Shown: positions 50,449 to 60,071, numbered from the stretch's first letter. The stretch: 64,000 nucleotides of DNA from Rhodobacter sp. (GCA_020251025.1 JADCDI010000040.1:714-64713), one strand, 5' to 3'. Program-made: numbers and translations. The notes: generated by a model from the letters alone, not told the origin.

Positions 50449-51783
50449 ATGCAGGTTACCGAAACCCTGAACGAAGGTCTGAAGCGCGCCTACACCATCA
50501 CGGTGACGGCGGCCGAGCTTGACGCCAAGGTCCAGGAAAAGCTGGTCGAGGCGCAGCCCGAGGTCGAGATGAAGGGCTTCCGCAAGGGCAAGGTTCCCAT
50601 GGCCATGCTGCGCAAGCAGTTCGGCACCCGCCTGATGGGCGATGCGATGCAGGATGCCATAGACGGCGCGATGAAATCGCATTTTGCCGCCAGCGGCGAC
50701 CGCCCGGCGCTGCAACCCGAAGTCAGGATGGTTGGCGGCGAAACCTGGGCCGAGGGGCAGGATGTTGTCGTCGAGATGACCTATGAGGCGCTGCCGCTGA
50801 TCCCGGAGTTCGACGCGGGCAAGGTCGTGCTGGAGCGGCTGGTCGTGAAGGCCGAGGCTGCCGCCGTGGACGAGGCCCTGGCAAATCTGGCTGGGTCTGC
50901 CCAGTCGTTCGAGGACGGCAAGAAAGGTTCCAAGGCCAAGAACGGCGATCAGGTGGTGATCGACTTTGCCGGAACGGTCGACGGAAAGCCGTTCGAAGGC
51001 GGGTCGGCCGAAGACTTTCCCCTTGTGCTTGGTTCGGGCTCGTTCATTCCGGGGTTCGAGGACCAGTTGATCGGAGCCAGGGCGGGCGATGCGATTTCGG
51101 TGAACGTGACCTTCCCCGAGTCCTATGGCGCAAGGCATCTGGCCGGCAAGGCCGCCGTCTTTGCCTGTACCGTGAAGGCCGTGAAAAACCCGAAACCGGC
51201 CGTGATCGACGACGAACTGGCCAGGAAATACGGTGCCGAAAGCCTGGAAGCGCTGAAGGTGCAGATCGCCGAGCGGCTTGAGGCGGAATATCTGGGTGCA
51301 GCGCGGGCGGTGATGAAGCGTGCGCTGCTGGATCAGCTTGATGCGCTGGTGAAGTTCGACCTGCCCGCGTCACTGGTCACGGCGGAGGCAAGCCAGATTG
51401 CCCACCAGTTGTGGCATGAAGAGCACCCCGAAGTGCATGGGCACGACCACGGCACCGTGGAGCCGACGGACGAGCACAAGTCGCTGGCCGAGCGCCGCGT
51501 GCGCCTTGGCCTGCTGCTGGCCGAAATGGGCCGCAAGGCCGAGATCACCGTGACGGACGCTGAAATGACCAGGGCCGTGCTGGCCCAGGCCCGTCAGTAT
51601 CCGGGGCAGGAGCGCGCCTTTTTCGAATTCGTTCAGAAGAATCCGCAGATGCAGCAGCAGTTGCGCGCGCCGATCTTCGAGGACAAGGTGGTGGATCACA
51701 TTGTGGCCGCTGCCAGCGTGACGGAGAAAGCCGCGACAAAGGAAGAGCTGCAAAAGGCGGTCGAGGCGCTTGACGACATCTGA
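50449..51783 (+). CDS. tig: Trigger factor
   Basis: [18 protein letters not shown]....... then the FKBP-type PPIase segment (IDF.G..DG..FEGG.A....L.LGSG.FIPGFE.QL.G). Confidence 0.93.
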   Translation: MQVTETLNEGLKRAYTITVTAAELDAKVQEKLVEAQPEVEMKGFRKGKVPMAMLRKQFGTRLMGDAMQDAIDGAMKSHFAASGDRPALQPEVRMVGGETWAEGQDVVVEMTYEALPLIPEFDAGKVVLERLVVKAEAAAVDEALANLAGSAQSFEDGKKGSKAKNGDQVVIDFAGTVDGKPFEGGSAEDFPLVLGSGSFIPGFEDQLIGARAGDAISVNVTFPESYGARHLAGKAAVFACTVKAVKNPKPAVIDDELARKYGAESLEALKVQIAERLEAEYLGAARAVMKRALLDQLDALVKFDLPASLVTAEASQIAHQLWHEEHPEVHGHDHGTVEPTDEHKSLAERRVRLGLLLAEMGRKAEITVTDAEMTRAVLAQARQYPGQERAFFEFVQKNPQMQQQLRAPIFEDKVVDHIVAAASVTEKAATKEELQKAVEALDDI

Positions 51784-51965
51784 CTGCCGCTGCGCGAGAT
51801 TGCAGAAAGGGCCGCACCCGGGGGGTGTGGCCCTTTTCCTTTGGCGGGGCGGGTTCCTGCCGGATCAGGCGCAGGCGCGCGTCAGGTTGGCCGGAGCCAT
51901 GGCCCCGTGCGGGTTTTCTGTGCGGCGCAGCGACAGAAGCATCCGATATTCCGTTGATCTGAAAC

Positions 51966-51997
51966 GAAACAAGGCACCCCATGGGGTGCCTTGTTTC
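51966..51997. terminator. Bidirectional stem-loop GAAACAAGGCACCCCATGGGGTGCCTTGTTTC between convergent tig and acpP
   Basis: Perfect 32-nt palindrome, flanked by A/T runs on both sides. Confidence 0.65.
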
Positions 51998-52018
51998 CGG
52001 CCCGGTGTCTGAACGGGG

Positions 52019-52252
52019 TCAGGAGGCGTCGGAGATGAATTTCACCGCATCGCCAAAGGTCTGGATCGTCTCGGCGGCATCATCGGGGATCTCGATGCCG
52101 AATTCCTCTTCGAATGCCATCACCAGTTCGACCGTATCAAGGCTGTCGGCACCCAGATCATCGATGAACGAGGCATTATCCGTTACCTTGTCGGCATCAA
52201 CGCCCAGATGTTCGACGACGATCTTCTTCACGCGGTCGGCGATGTCGCTCAT
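52019..52252 (-). CDS. acpP: Acyl carrier protein
   Basis: [23 protein letters not shown]...[28 protein letters not shown]. Confidence 0.95.
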   Translation of the reverse strand: MSDIADRVKKIVVEHLGVDADKVTDNASFIDDLGADSLDTVELVMAFEEEFGIEIPDDAAETIQTFGDAVKFISDAS

Positions 52253-52424
52253 GTCAGTCCCTCTCAAAGATGCGGGAAGCCCCGCTTTGTCTGTTTCCGG
52301 TCGGCCCGGCACTGATTTTGCCAGACATCAGACCGACATTGCCTGCGCAACCCCGGCCCGTTCTGCGCGCCTATAGCAAGGGTGCCCGCGCAAGGCAAAC
52401 CCTTTCCCGTGGCGCTGTCCTGCC

Positions 52425-53162
52425 CTAGATCATCGCCATGCCGCCGTTCACGTGCAAGACCGCGCCGGTCACATAACCCGCTTCGGGGCTGGCGAGATAA
52501 AGGACGGCGGCGGCGATTTCCGAAGCCTCGCCCATCCGCCCGGCGGGGATTGATGTCAGGATGCGGGTCTTCTGGTCTTCGCTCAGCTTTTCGGTCATGG
52601 CCGTGGTGATAAAGCCCGGGGCCACGCAGTTCACCGTGATGTTGCGGCTTGCCACCTCGGCCGCCAGCGATTTCGACATGCCCACCATGCCCGCCTTTGC
52701 GGCGGCATAGTTGGCCTGGCCGGGGTTGCCGGTGGCCCCCACGACAGAAGAGATATTCACGATCCGCCCCCAGCGGGTCTTCATCATGCCGCGCAGCACA
52801 CCCCGGCACAGGCGGAAGGCAGAGGTCAGGTTGACGTCGATCACCGACTGCCAGTCCTCGTCGGACATCCGCAGGAAAAGGGTGTCGCGGGTGATGCCGG
52901 CGTTGTTGACAAGAATATCGACCGATCCCATCGCCGCCGCCGCCGCCTTTGGCAGCGCCTCGACCGAGGCGGGATCGGCCAGATCGCAGGTCAGCACATG
53001 GGCGCGGCTGCCCAGGTCTGCCGCCAGCGCCTCAAGCGGGGCGGTGCGGGTGCCCGAAAGGGCCACTGTGGCCCCGGCGGCGTGCAGCGCCTGGGCGATG
53101 GCCCCGCCGATGCCGCCCGATGCGCCGGTCACCAGCGCGGTCTTGCCTGTCAGATCGAACAT
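52425..53162 (-). CDS. fabG: 3-oxoacyl-ACP reductase FabG
   Basis: MFDLTGKTALVTGASGGIG...NNAGITRD...SS..G..GN.GQANYAA.KAG..G..KSLA.E.ASR.ITVN.VAPGFI.T.MT. Confidence 0.92.
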   Translation of the reverse strand: MFDLTGKTALVTGASGGIGGAIAQALHAAGATVALSGTRTAPLEALAADLGSRAHVLTCDLADPASVEALPKAAAAAMGSVDILVNNAGITRDTLFLRMSDEDWQSVIDVNLTSAFRLCRGVLRGMMKTRWGRIVNISSVVGATGNPGQANYAAAKAGMVGMSKSLAAEVASRNITVNCVAPGFITTAMTEKLSEDQKTRILTSIPAGRMGEASEIAAAVLYLASPEAGYVTGAVLHVNGGMAMI

Positions 53163-53173
53163 TGTCGCGCTCC

Positions 53174-54121
53174 TCAGTTCTGGTTCGTTGCCTCGGCCAC
53201 CGCTGCCGCCACCTCTTCGGGCGAGCCGATGGCGCGGGTGGTGATGCCGGGGGAGATGCGCCTGACCATGCCCGACAGGGCCTTGCCTGCGCCGATCTCC
53301 CAGATTTCGGTGACGCCCTGTGCGGCCATCCACAGCACGGATTCGCGCCAGCGCACCGAACCCGTGACCTGTTCGACCAGAAGGGCGCGGATCACCTGGG
53401 GGTCGCTGACCGCCGTGGCGCGCACATTGGCGACCAGCGGCACGCGGGGGGGCAGCAGGGTGACGCGGGCCAGCGCCTTTGCCATGGCATCGGCAGCGGG
53501 CTGCATCAGGGCGCAGTGAAAGGGGGCGCTGACGGGCAAAAGCAAGGCGCGTTTGGCACCCCTGGCCCTGGCGATGTCGACGGCGCGTTCCACCGCGCCG
53601 CGATGCCCCGAGACCACCACCTGGGCCGGATCATTGTCATTCGCGGCCTGACAGACCCCGTCCTGCGCCGCTTCGGCGGCAACTTCGGCGGCGGCGGCGA
53701 AATCGAGGCCCAGGAGGGCGGCCATGGCCCCGACCCCAAGGGGAACGGCCGCCTGCATGGCCTCGCCCCGCAGGCGCAGCAGGCGGGCGGTATCGGCCAG
53801 GCTGAGGGCACCGGCGGCGCAAAGGGCGGAGTATTCGCCCAGCGAATGACCGGCGACAAAGGCCGCAGAGGTGAGTTTGATCCCTTCGGCCTCCAGCGCG
53901 CGCAGGGCGGCGATGGAAGTGGCCATCAGGGCAGGCTGGGCATTGCGGGTCAGCTGCAACTGGTCGGCCTGGCCGTTCCAGATCAGGTCCGAGAGGTTTT
54001 CCGACAGGGCGTCGTCCACCTCGGCGAAAACCGCACGGGCGGCGGGGCTGGCTGCCGCCAGATCGCGCCCCATGCCGATGGTCTGGGCCCCCTGGCCCGG
54101 AAATACGAAAGCGCGTGTCAC
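53174..54121 (-). CDS. fabD: Malonyl CoA-ACP transacylase FabD
   Basis: FVFPGQGAQ..GMG..L, GHSLGEYSAL, ...VSAPFHC.LM. Confidence 0.92.
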   Translation of the reverse strand: MTRAFVFPGQGAQTIGMGRDLAAASPAARAVFAEVDDALSENLSDLIWNGQADQLQLTRNAQPALMATSIAALRALEAEGIKLTSAAFVAGHSLGEYSALCAAGALSLADTARLLRLRGEAMQAAVPLGVGAMAALLGLDFAAAAEVAAEAAQDGVCQAANDNDPAQVVVSGHRGAVERAVDIARARGAKRALLLPVSAPFHCALMQPAADAMAKALARVTLLPPRVPLVANVRATAVSDPQVIRALLVEQVTGSVRWRESVLWMAAQGVTEIWEIGAGKALSGMVRRISPGITTRAIGSPEEVAAAVAEATNQN

Positions 54122-54473
54122 GGTCTGCGTGCCCCCCTGGCGTCTTTCCCGACCGCATAGCGCGGCAGGCGCGCCCGCGCAATCTTTGCGCAGGGCGATG
54201 CAGAAGGTTCCCTGCCGCCTGCCGGACGGGGGAGATCTTCCTGCCCCGTCGCAAAGGCAGCCGGCCGGTCAGGCGCTGGCCGGGGGCCGAAGTCCCCGGC
54301 GGATATGGATGCAGCGCCACCATGTGGCCGGGGCGATGGCCCTGGCCAGACCGCGCAGGGCGCGAAGGCAAGAGCTTGCTGTCTTCCAGCCGACGGTGCA
54401 TGCGGTTGGCACGTCTTCAGCGGGCTTTGGGGCCGCGCGCGGCAGGGCGCAGCTTTTCGGGCCGGGGAAAGGC

Positions 54474-54501
54474 TTGCATCCGGAGGGCGCGCATGTATAA
54501 G
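54474..54501 (+). promoter_or_regulatory. Candidate sigma-70 promoter of rpsF-rpsR-rplI (TTGCAT-N16-TATAAG)
   Basis: -35 at 54474-54479 and -10 at 54496-54501. Predicts a 5' UTR of about 100 nt. Confidence 0.4.
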
Positions 54502-54530
54502 GCCGCATTCTTCCGCTTACCCACGTAACC

Positions 54531-54589
54531 GGTGCACCCCCTCGTGGACGGGCTGCGGAAGTGCAGAGGCCCGTCCTGTGAAATGCACC
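54531..54589 (+). promoter_or_regulatory. Candidate rpsF leader structure (S6:S18 autoregulatory-type hairpin)
   Basis: Outer stem GGTGCA (54531-36) / TGCACC (54584-89) encloses inner stem GGACGGGC (54546-53) / GCCCGTCC (54569-76). Lies just upstream of the GGAGA RBS and ATG 54609. Confidence 0.35.
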
Positions 54590-54608
54590 CGACAGAACTG
54601 GAGACGGC

Positions 54609-55064
54609 ATGCCGCTTTACGAGCATGTATTCATATCGCGTCAGGATCTTTCCAACACGCAGGCCGAGGGCCTGATCGAACACTTTTCTGCCGTCCTTGC
54701 GGACAACGGCGGCAAGGTCGTTGAAAACGAGTACTGGGGCGTCAAGACGATGGCCTACAAGATCAACAAGAACCGCAAGGGCCACTATGCCTTTCTGAAA
54801 TCGGATGCGCCCGCCGCCGCCGTGCAGGAAATGGAGCGTCTGATGCGCCTGCATGACGATGTGATGCGTGTGCTGACCGTGAAGGTCGACAAGCACGAGG
54901 AAGGCCCGTCCATACAGATGCAGAAGCGTGATGACCGTGGCGAGCGTGGCGACCGGCCCGACAGGGGCGAGCGGCCCGAACGCGGCTTCGGCGGCGATCG
55001 CGGTGACCGGGGCGGCTTCGGCGGTGACCGGGGCGGCTTTGGCGGCGGCGACCGCCGGCGTTGA
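54609..55064 (+). CDS. rpsF: 30S ribosomal protein S6 (with C-terminal RGD/GG-rich tail)
   Basis: [15 protein letters not shown]...L......V....GGKV...EYWG...MAY.I.KN.KGHY. Confidence 0.93.
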   Translation: MPLYEHVFISRQDLSNTQAEGLIEHFSAVLADNGGKVVENEYWGVKTMAYKINKNRKGHYAFLKSDAPAAAVQEMERLMRLHDDVMRVLTVKVDKHEEGPSIQMQKRDDRGERGDRPDRGERPERGFGGDRGDRGGFGGDRGGFGGGDRRR

Positions 55065-55084
55065 TCAGGAGGGAATTGCAAATC

Positions 55085-55312
55085 ATGGCGAACAAACCGT
55101 TTTTCCGCCGCCGCAAAGTCTGCCCCTTTTCCGGCGACAATGCCCCGGCGATTGACTACAAAGACACGCGGCTGCTGCAGCGCTATGTGTCCGAGCGCGG
55201 CAAGATCGTGCCGTCGCGCATCACGGCCGTTTCGGCCAAAAAGCAGCGTGAGCTGGCCCGTGCGATCAAGCGCGCCCGCTTTCTTGCGCTGCTGCCCTAT
55301 GCCGTGAAGTAA
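55085..55312 (+). CDS. rpsR: 30S ribosomal protein S18
   Basis: [12 protein letters not shown]......[41 protein letters not shown]. Internal ATG 55085. Confidence 0.93.
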   Translation: MANKPFFRRRKVCPFSGDNAPAIDYKDTRLLQRYVSERGKIVPSRITAVSAKKQRELARAIKRARFLALLPYAVK

Positions 55313-55324
55313 GGAGAAAGACAC

Positions 55325-55909
55325 ATGCAAGTCATCCTTCTTCAGCGCGTGGCCAAGCTTGGCCAGATGGGCGAGGTCGTGAACGTCAAGGACGGATACG
55401 CCCGTAACTTTCTTCTTCCGCAGGGCAAGGCGCTGCGGGCGAACGAGGCCAATGTCAAGTCGTTCGAGGCCAGGAAATCGCAGCTCGAGATGCAGAACCT
55501 GGAGACGAGGAAGGCGGCGGAATCTGCTGCCGGAAAGCTGGACGGGCAGGTTTTTGTCGTGATCCGCTCTGCCTCGGACGCGGGGGCGCTGTACGGGTCC
55601 GTGACGACCCGCGATGCCGCCGAGGCCGCAACCGAGGCCGGGTTCACGGTGAACCGGGCGCAGATCGTGCTGGACCGCCCGATCAAGGAACTTGGGATGC
55701 ACAGGGTTACGGTCGTACTGCACCCTGAGGTTTCGGTTAAGATCAGCCTGAATGTGGCGCGTTCGGCGGAAGAAGCCGCGTTGCAGGCCTCGGGCAAGTC
55801 GATCCAGGAGCTGGCGGCGGAAGCCGAGGCGGCTGCGGAATTCGAGATTGCCGAGCTTTTCGACGACATGGGCGCAGCCAACGATTTCGATCCGCGCGAC
55901 CAGCGCTGA
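55325..55909 (+). CDS. rplI: 50S ribosomal protein L9
   Basis: [39 protein letters not shown]. Confidence 0.93.
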   Translation: MQVILLQRVAKLGQMGEVVNVKDGYARNFLLPQGKALRANEANVKSFEARKSQLEMQNLETRKAAESAAGKLDGQVFVVIRSASDAGALYGSVTTRDAAEAATEAGFTVNRAQIVLDRPIKELGMHRVTVVLHPEVSVKISLNVARSAEEAALQASGKSIQELAAEAEAAAEFEIAELFDDMGAANDFDPRDQR

Positions 55910-55929
55910 TCCTTCCTGCCAGGATATGG

Positions 55930-55960
55930 AAACCGCGCCGGGACACCGGCGCGGTTTTTT
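55930..55960 (+). terminator. Rho-independent terminator of the rpsF operon
   Basis: AAACCGCGCCGG-GACA-CCGGCGCGGTTT followed by a T run (TTTTTT). Confidence 0.75.
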
Positions 55961-56116
55961 CATGGCCGGGGCCGGCCCTTCTGCCTGATCCCGGGCGGGG
56001 GCTGTCCGGTGCAGGGGCCATTGTTGGATGTTCTGCGGTTGAAGCAGCGGGGGCCATTGCCGCCACGCGCGACGGGGCAGATTCCGGGACAACTTTGTTC
56101 AGCGGTTTTCCTTGTT

Positions 56117-56306
56117 GTTGAACAAAGATCGATGTTCAACAGATTTATCCCTGACGAGGATACCTGAAATCATGGAAGACTTTCTTTCCTGTTCAACAAT
56201 TCATGTTCAACGGAATTGTTTCTTGTGGTACATGGATGCATGTTCAACGGAGTTGGCGGCTGCGGAGGAAGACATGATGTTCAACAAAAGCTTGTCGGGT
56301 TGAACA
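56117..56306. repeat. Array of seven (A)TGTTCAAC octamers (5 direct, 2 inverted) in AT-rich DNA; candidate operator/iteron array
   Basis: TGTTCAAC at 56133, 56190, 56204, 56241 and 56278. GTTGAACA at 56117 and 56299. The last site ends 4 nt before ATG 56311. Confidence 0.75.
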
Positions 56307-56310
56307 TGCC

Positions 56311-57327
56311 ATGAACCGGCATCATTCCCCGCTTGCCCGCGCGGTTTATCAGGAACTTCTCGGCTCATTTGGCGAAGGGCAGGTTGCCGCCCTGCGCGGA
56401 TCGCCCGCGCTGGAGGAGCGGTCGGGGCGCAGATACTGGTACGACAGCTACCGTGTCGGGGATCGCGTTCGCAAGCGCTACATCGGCGAGGATACGCCCG
56501 ATCTGGCAAAGCGCATGGCGCTGCACCGAGAAGATGCCCGGCGCAAGAAGGAGGGGGCCGCCCACCGGGCAAGGCTGGTGCGCCTGCTGCGCGCCGAAGG
56601 CTTCCTGCCGATCGATGGCGGCACGGGAGCCGTCTTGAATATGCTGGCGAAGACCGGTCTGTTCCGGACGGGCGGCACGATTGTGGGAACCTGCGCCTTC
56701 CGGCTTTACGAGGGTGAGCTTGGATTGCCCTTGGGTTCCCTTTCCGCTGCCGGGACGGATGACGCCGATATGGTGCGGTTTGAACGGCTGTCGCTGGCCC
56801 TTGACGACAGGGTCGACGCATCCCTGCCGGAAAGCTTTCGCGATCTGGAATTTGCCCCCGTGCCCGGCCCGGACGGGGTGACGGTCTGGAAATGCAGGCA
56901 GACCCGGTCCGGGGCGGTGATCGATTTCCTGACGCCGTCGATCCGGGGGGGGGAAGGGATCCGGGACCTGCCTGCCTTGGGGACTTCGGCGCGGTCGCTG
57001 GATTTTCTGGACTATCTGATTGCTGATCCGGTCAAGGCCGCCGTTGCGTACCGATCCGGTGTTCTGGTGCAGGTTCCGCGGCCGGAACGCTATGCCATTC
57101 ACAAGCTTGTGGTGGCCGACCGGCGGCAGGGCGGACCTGACGCCGCGAAAGCGCGGAAGGATCGGGCGCAGGCCGCTTTCCTGATTGCCGCTTTGGCCAG
57201 GGACCGGCCGGAGGCGCTGCGCCTGGCCTATGAGGCGGCGATCGGGAACGGGGTGAGGTGGCGCGACCGGATTGCCGCCAGCCTGAAGCGCATGCCGCAG
57301 ACCTTTTCCGTACTGGAAGCCCTGTAG
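56311..57327 (+). CDS. GSU2403-like nucleotidyltransferase-fold protein (AbiEii-related), stand-alone
   Basis: 338 aa. N-terminal ...YQELL......G...ERSGRRYWYDSYRVGDRVRKRYIG and a central/C-terminal ...FRTGGTIVGTCAFRLYEG..G......TDDADM...VIDFLTP...YAIHKLVVADRR...AKARKDRAQAAFL. Matches my recollection of this family; not verified by search. Confidence 0.5.
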   Translation: MNRHHSPLARAVYQELLGSFGEGQVAALRGSPALEERSGRRYWYDSYRVGDRVRKRYIGEDTPDLAKRMALHREDARRKKEGAAHRARLVRLLRAEGFLPIDGGTGAVLNMLAKTGLFRTGGTIVGTCAFRLYEGELGLPLGSLSAAGTDDADMVRFERLSLALDDRVDASLPESFRDLEFAPVPGPDGVTVWKCRQTRSGAVIDFLTPSIRGGEGIRDLPALGTSARSLDFLDYLIADPVKAAVAYRSGVLVQVPRPERYAIHKLVVADRRQGGPDAAKARKDRAQAAFLIAALARDRPEALRLAYEAAIGNGVRWRDRIAASLKRMPQTFSVLEAL

Positions 57328-57439
57328 GCACCCATAGGCCCGACGTTGAGGCCTGTTGCGGTTGTTTCCGGGGCGTTGTTGCGCGCAGGGTGACAGGCGT
57401 GTATCACCGCGCGCAGGGTCGTCTGGGCGGGAGCGTTTC

Positions 57440-58702
57440 ATGCGTCGGGTGGTTGTTACGGGTCTGGGCATGGTCACGCCGCTTGCCTGCGGGGTCGGAA
57501 AGACCTGGGAACGCCTGATTGCGGGTCAGTCGGGGGCCGGGCCGATCACGCGGTTCGATGCCTCGAACGTGGTGACGCAATATGCCTGCGAGATTCCGAT
57601 GGGCGATGGCAGCGACGGCACCTTCAACCCGGATGACTGGATGGAGCCGAAGGACCGCCGCAAGGTTGATGATTTCATCCTGTACGGAATGGCGGCAGCG
57701 GTTCAGGCGGTGCGCGATTCCGGCTGGGAGCCGGTGACGGAAGAGGACCGTTGCGCGACCGGGGTCTTGCTGGGTTCCGGCATCGGCGGGCTGTCTTCGA
57801 TTGCGGAGACCGCCGTTCTGATCCGGGATAAGGGGCCGAAGCGGGTATCGCCTTTTTTCATTCCGGCGGCGCTGATCAATCTGATTTCCGGTCAGGTTTC
57901 GATCCGCTTCGGGTTCAAGGGGCCGAACCATGCGGTGGTGACCGCCTGTTCAACCGGCGCACATGCCATTGGCGATGCGGCGCGGCTGATCCAGTGGGGG
58001 GATGCCGATGTGATGATCGCGGGCGGTGCCGAAAGCCCGATCAGCGAGATCGGCATCGCCGGCTTTAACGCCTGCAAGGCGCTGTCCACCAAGCGCGCCG
58101 ATGATCCGGCCAAAGCATCGCGCCCCTATGATGTGGACCGGGACGGGTTTGTGATGGGCGAAGGCGCGGGCGTGGTGGTGCTGGAGGAATACGGGCACGC
58201 CAGGGCGCGCGGCGCGAAGATTTACGCCGAAGTTCTGGGATACGGCCTGTCGGGCGATGCCTATCATATCACCGCCCCCAGCGAGGACGGCGACGGCGGG
58301 TTCCGCAGCATGAAGATGGCGCTCAGACGCGCCGGGCTGCAACCTTCGGACATCGACTATATCAATGCCCACGGCACCAGCACGATGGCCGATACCATTG
58401 AACTGGGCGCGGTGGAGCGGCTTTTGGGCGATGCGGCGACAGGGGCGACCATGAGTTCGACGAAATCGTCGATCGGGCATCTTCTGGGGGCGGCGGGCGC
58501 GGTCGAGGCGATTTTCTGCGTGCTGGCGATCCGCGATGGCATTGCACCACCGACGATCAATCTGGATACCCCAGAGGTTGCCGCAAAGCTTGATCTGGCG
58601 CCGAATGTGGCACGCAGGCGCAAGATCGATGTTGCGCTGTCGAATTCCTTCGGGTTCGGCGGCACGAACGCGTCGTTGATCCTGGGGCGGGTGACAGACT
58701 GA
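57440..58702 (+). CDS. fabF: 3-oxoacyl-ACP synthase II FabF
   Basis: MRRVVVTGLGMVTPL..G....W..L..G.SG...I..FD, active-site ...VVTACSTGAHAIG..., ...NAHGTST..D..E, SNSFGFGGTNASL. Internal ATG 57440. Confidence 0.93.
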   Translation: MRRVVVTGLGMVTPLACGVGKTWERLIAGQSGAGPITRFDASNVVTQYACEIPMGDGSDGTFNPDDWMEPKDRRKVDDFILYGMAAAVQAVRDSGWEPVTEEDRCATGVLLGSGIGGLSSIAETAVLIRDKGPKRVSPFFIPAALINLISGQVSIRFGFKGPNHAVVTACSTGAHAIGDAARLIQWGDADVMIAGGAESPISEIGIAGFNACKALSTKRADDPAKASRPYDVDRDGFVMGEGAGVVVLEEYGHARARGAKIYAEVLGYGLSGDAYHITAPSEDGDGGFRSMKMALRRAGLQPSDIDYINAHGTSTMADTIELGAVERLLGDAATGATMSSTKSSIGHLLGAAGAVEAIFCVLAIRDGIAPPTINLDTPEVAAKLDLAPNVARRRKIDVALSNSFGFGGTNASLILGRVTD

Positions 58703-59889
58703 TGTGGAGGTCGGTGGCGTCCAATGCGCTGACCCTGTTCGTGGTGCTGCTGGCCGTGGTGGCGGCGGTGCTGGCATGGGCACGAAAGGAGTTCACCGGG
58801 CCGGGGCCGCTGGCGGAGGCGGTCTGCATCCGGGTGGAACGCGGGGCGTCGCTGGCGAAGATCAGCCGGGTTCTGGAAGAGAAGGGCGCGGTGACGGATG
58901 CGCGCATCTTCCGTATCGGTGCGGAATATGCCGACCGGTCGGCTGACCTGAAATTCGGCAGCTACCTGGTGCCGCCCGGTGCATCCATGTCGCAGGTGCT
59001 GGAGATCGTGACGGCGGGCGGACAATCGACCTGCGGGCGCGAGGTCAATTTCCGGATCGGTGTCACGGGTGCGGATATCGTCCTGCGCGAGCTTGATCCT
59101 GCGACGGAAGCCTACATCGAGGTCGTGAAGTTCGATGTCACGCAGCCGGAACCTGCGGCCTATGTGGATGCGGCAGGCGAGGACGACCTGCGCTGGCGCG
59201 TGACGCTGGCCGAAGGGGTCACAAGTTGGCAGGTGGTGGACAGCCTGCGGCGCGCCGGTTTCCTGACCGGAGAGATTGCGGCCGTTCCGGCGGAGGGCAC
59301 GCTGGCCCCGGACAGCTATGAGGTGACGCGCGGAGCGGACCGGGCGGCGCTGATTGCCGAGATGGAGGCGCGGCAGGCCCGTATCCTGGCCGACCTTTGG
59401 GCCGCGCGGGCCGACGGGCTTCCCTATGCCTCGGCGCAAGAGGCGCTGATCATGGCCTCCATCGTCGAGAAGGAAACCGGGATCGCCGAAGAGCGGCGGC
59501 TGGTGGCGGGTGTCTTTCTGAACCGGCTGGCGCAGGGGATGCGGCTGCAGACCGACCCGACGGTGATCTACGGGATCACGGGGGGCGAGGGGACCCTGGG
59601 GCGCGGGTTGCGCCAGAGCGAACTGCAGCGCGAGACCCCCTATAACACCTATGTGATCGAGGGGTTGCCACCGACACCGATTGCCAATCCCGGACGGCTG
59701 AGCATCGAAGCCGCGCTGAACCCGGAAGCGACGGAGTATCTGTTCTTCGTTGCTGACGGCACGGGCGGGCATGTTTTTGCCGCGACCCTGGCCGAGCATA
59801 ATGCCAATGTCGCCAAGTGGCGTGCGATTGAGGCGCAGCGGGCGGCGGAAGGTGAGGCCCCAGACGGAGCGGCCGCGCCGGAAGAATGA
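58702..59889 (+). CDS. mltG: Endolytic murein transglycosylase MltG (YceG-like)
   Basis: N-terminal TM, ...ASIVEKETG...ER..VAGVF.NRL...M.LQTDPTVIYG..., ...YNTY...GLPP.PIANPG, ...YLFFVADGTGGH.F. 1-nt overlap with the fabF stop. Confidence 0.88.
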   Translation: MWRSVASNALTLFVVLLAVVAAVLAWARKEFTGPGPLAEAVCIRVERGASLAKISRVLEEKGAVTDARIFRIGAEYADRSADLKFGSYLVPPGASMSQVLEIVTAGGQSTCGREVNFRIGVTGADIVLRELDPATEAYIEVVKFDVTQPEPAAYVDAAGEDDLRWRVTLAEGVTSWQVVDSLRRAGFLTGEIAAVPAEGTLAPDSYEVTRGADRAALIAEMEARQARILADLWAARADGLPYASAQEALIMASIVEKETGIAEERRLVAGVFLNRLAQGMRLQTDPTVIYGITGGEGTLGRGLRQSELQRETPYNTYVIEGLPPTPIANPGRLSIEAALNPEATEYLFFVADGTGGHVFAATLAEHNANVAKWRAIEAQRAAEGEAPDGAAAPEE

Positions 59890-59942
59890 AGAAAAGATTA
59901 AGGGTGCGCACGCTAAGTGGCGGGTAGCGTTGAATTTTCTTC

Positions 59943-59971
59943 TTGACTTGCCGCCCGGTCCCATGTAGGGA
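59943..59971 (+). promoter_or_regulatory. Candidate promoter of the GTA cluster (TTGACT-N17-TAGGGA)
   Basis: Located in an AT-richer patch about 100 nt upstream of g1. The -10 element is weak. Speculative. Confidence 0.25.
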
Positions 59972-60071
59972 TTGTGGCATGCTGGAAGAGGTGGGCAAGC
60001 GGCACGGGGCAACCCGGTGCCGCTTTTTCATTTGCCCGGGCGATCCGGCCAGAAAGCGGGTGCGGGGGGTA

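Noticed and set aside
56097-56250. Alphaproteobacterial LexA (SOS) box GTTC-N7-GTTC within the repeat array
   Set aside because: Adjacent GTTC cores are spaced by 10 nt (56191/56205) or much more, not 7. DnaA-box and CtrA-box (TTAA-N7-TTAAC) consensus sequences are also absent from the array.
56112-56303. 63-aa ORF inside the TGTTCAAC array
   Set aside because: It exists only because the region is AT-poor in stops. The repeat unit itself contains ATG (ATGTTCAAC = Met-Phe-Asn), and the repeats fall in different frames. There is no RBS or protein-like features.
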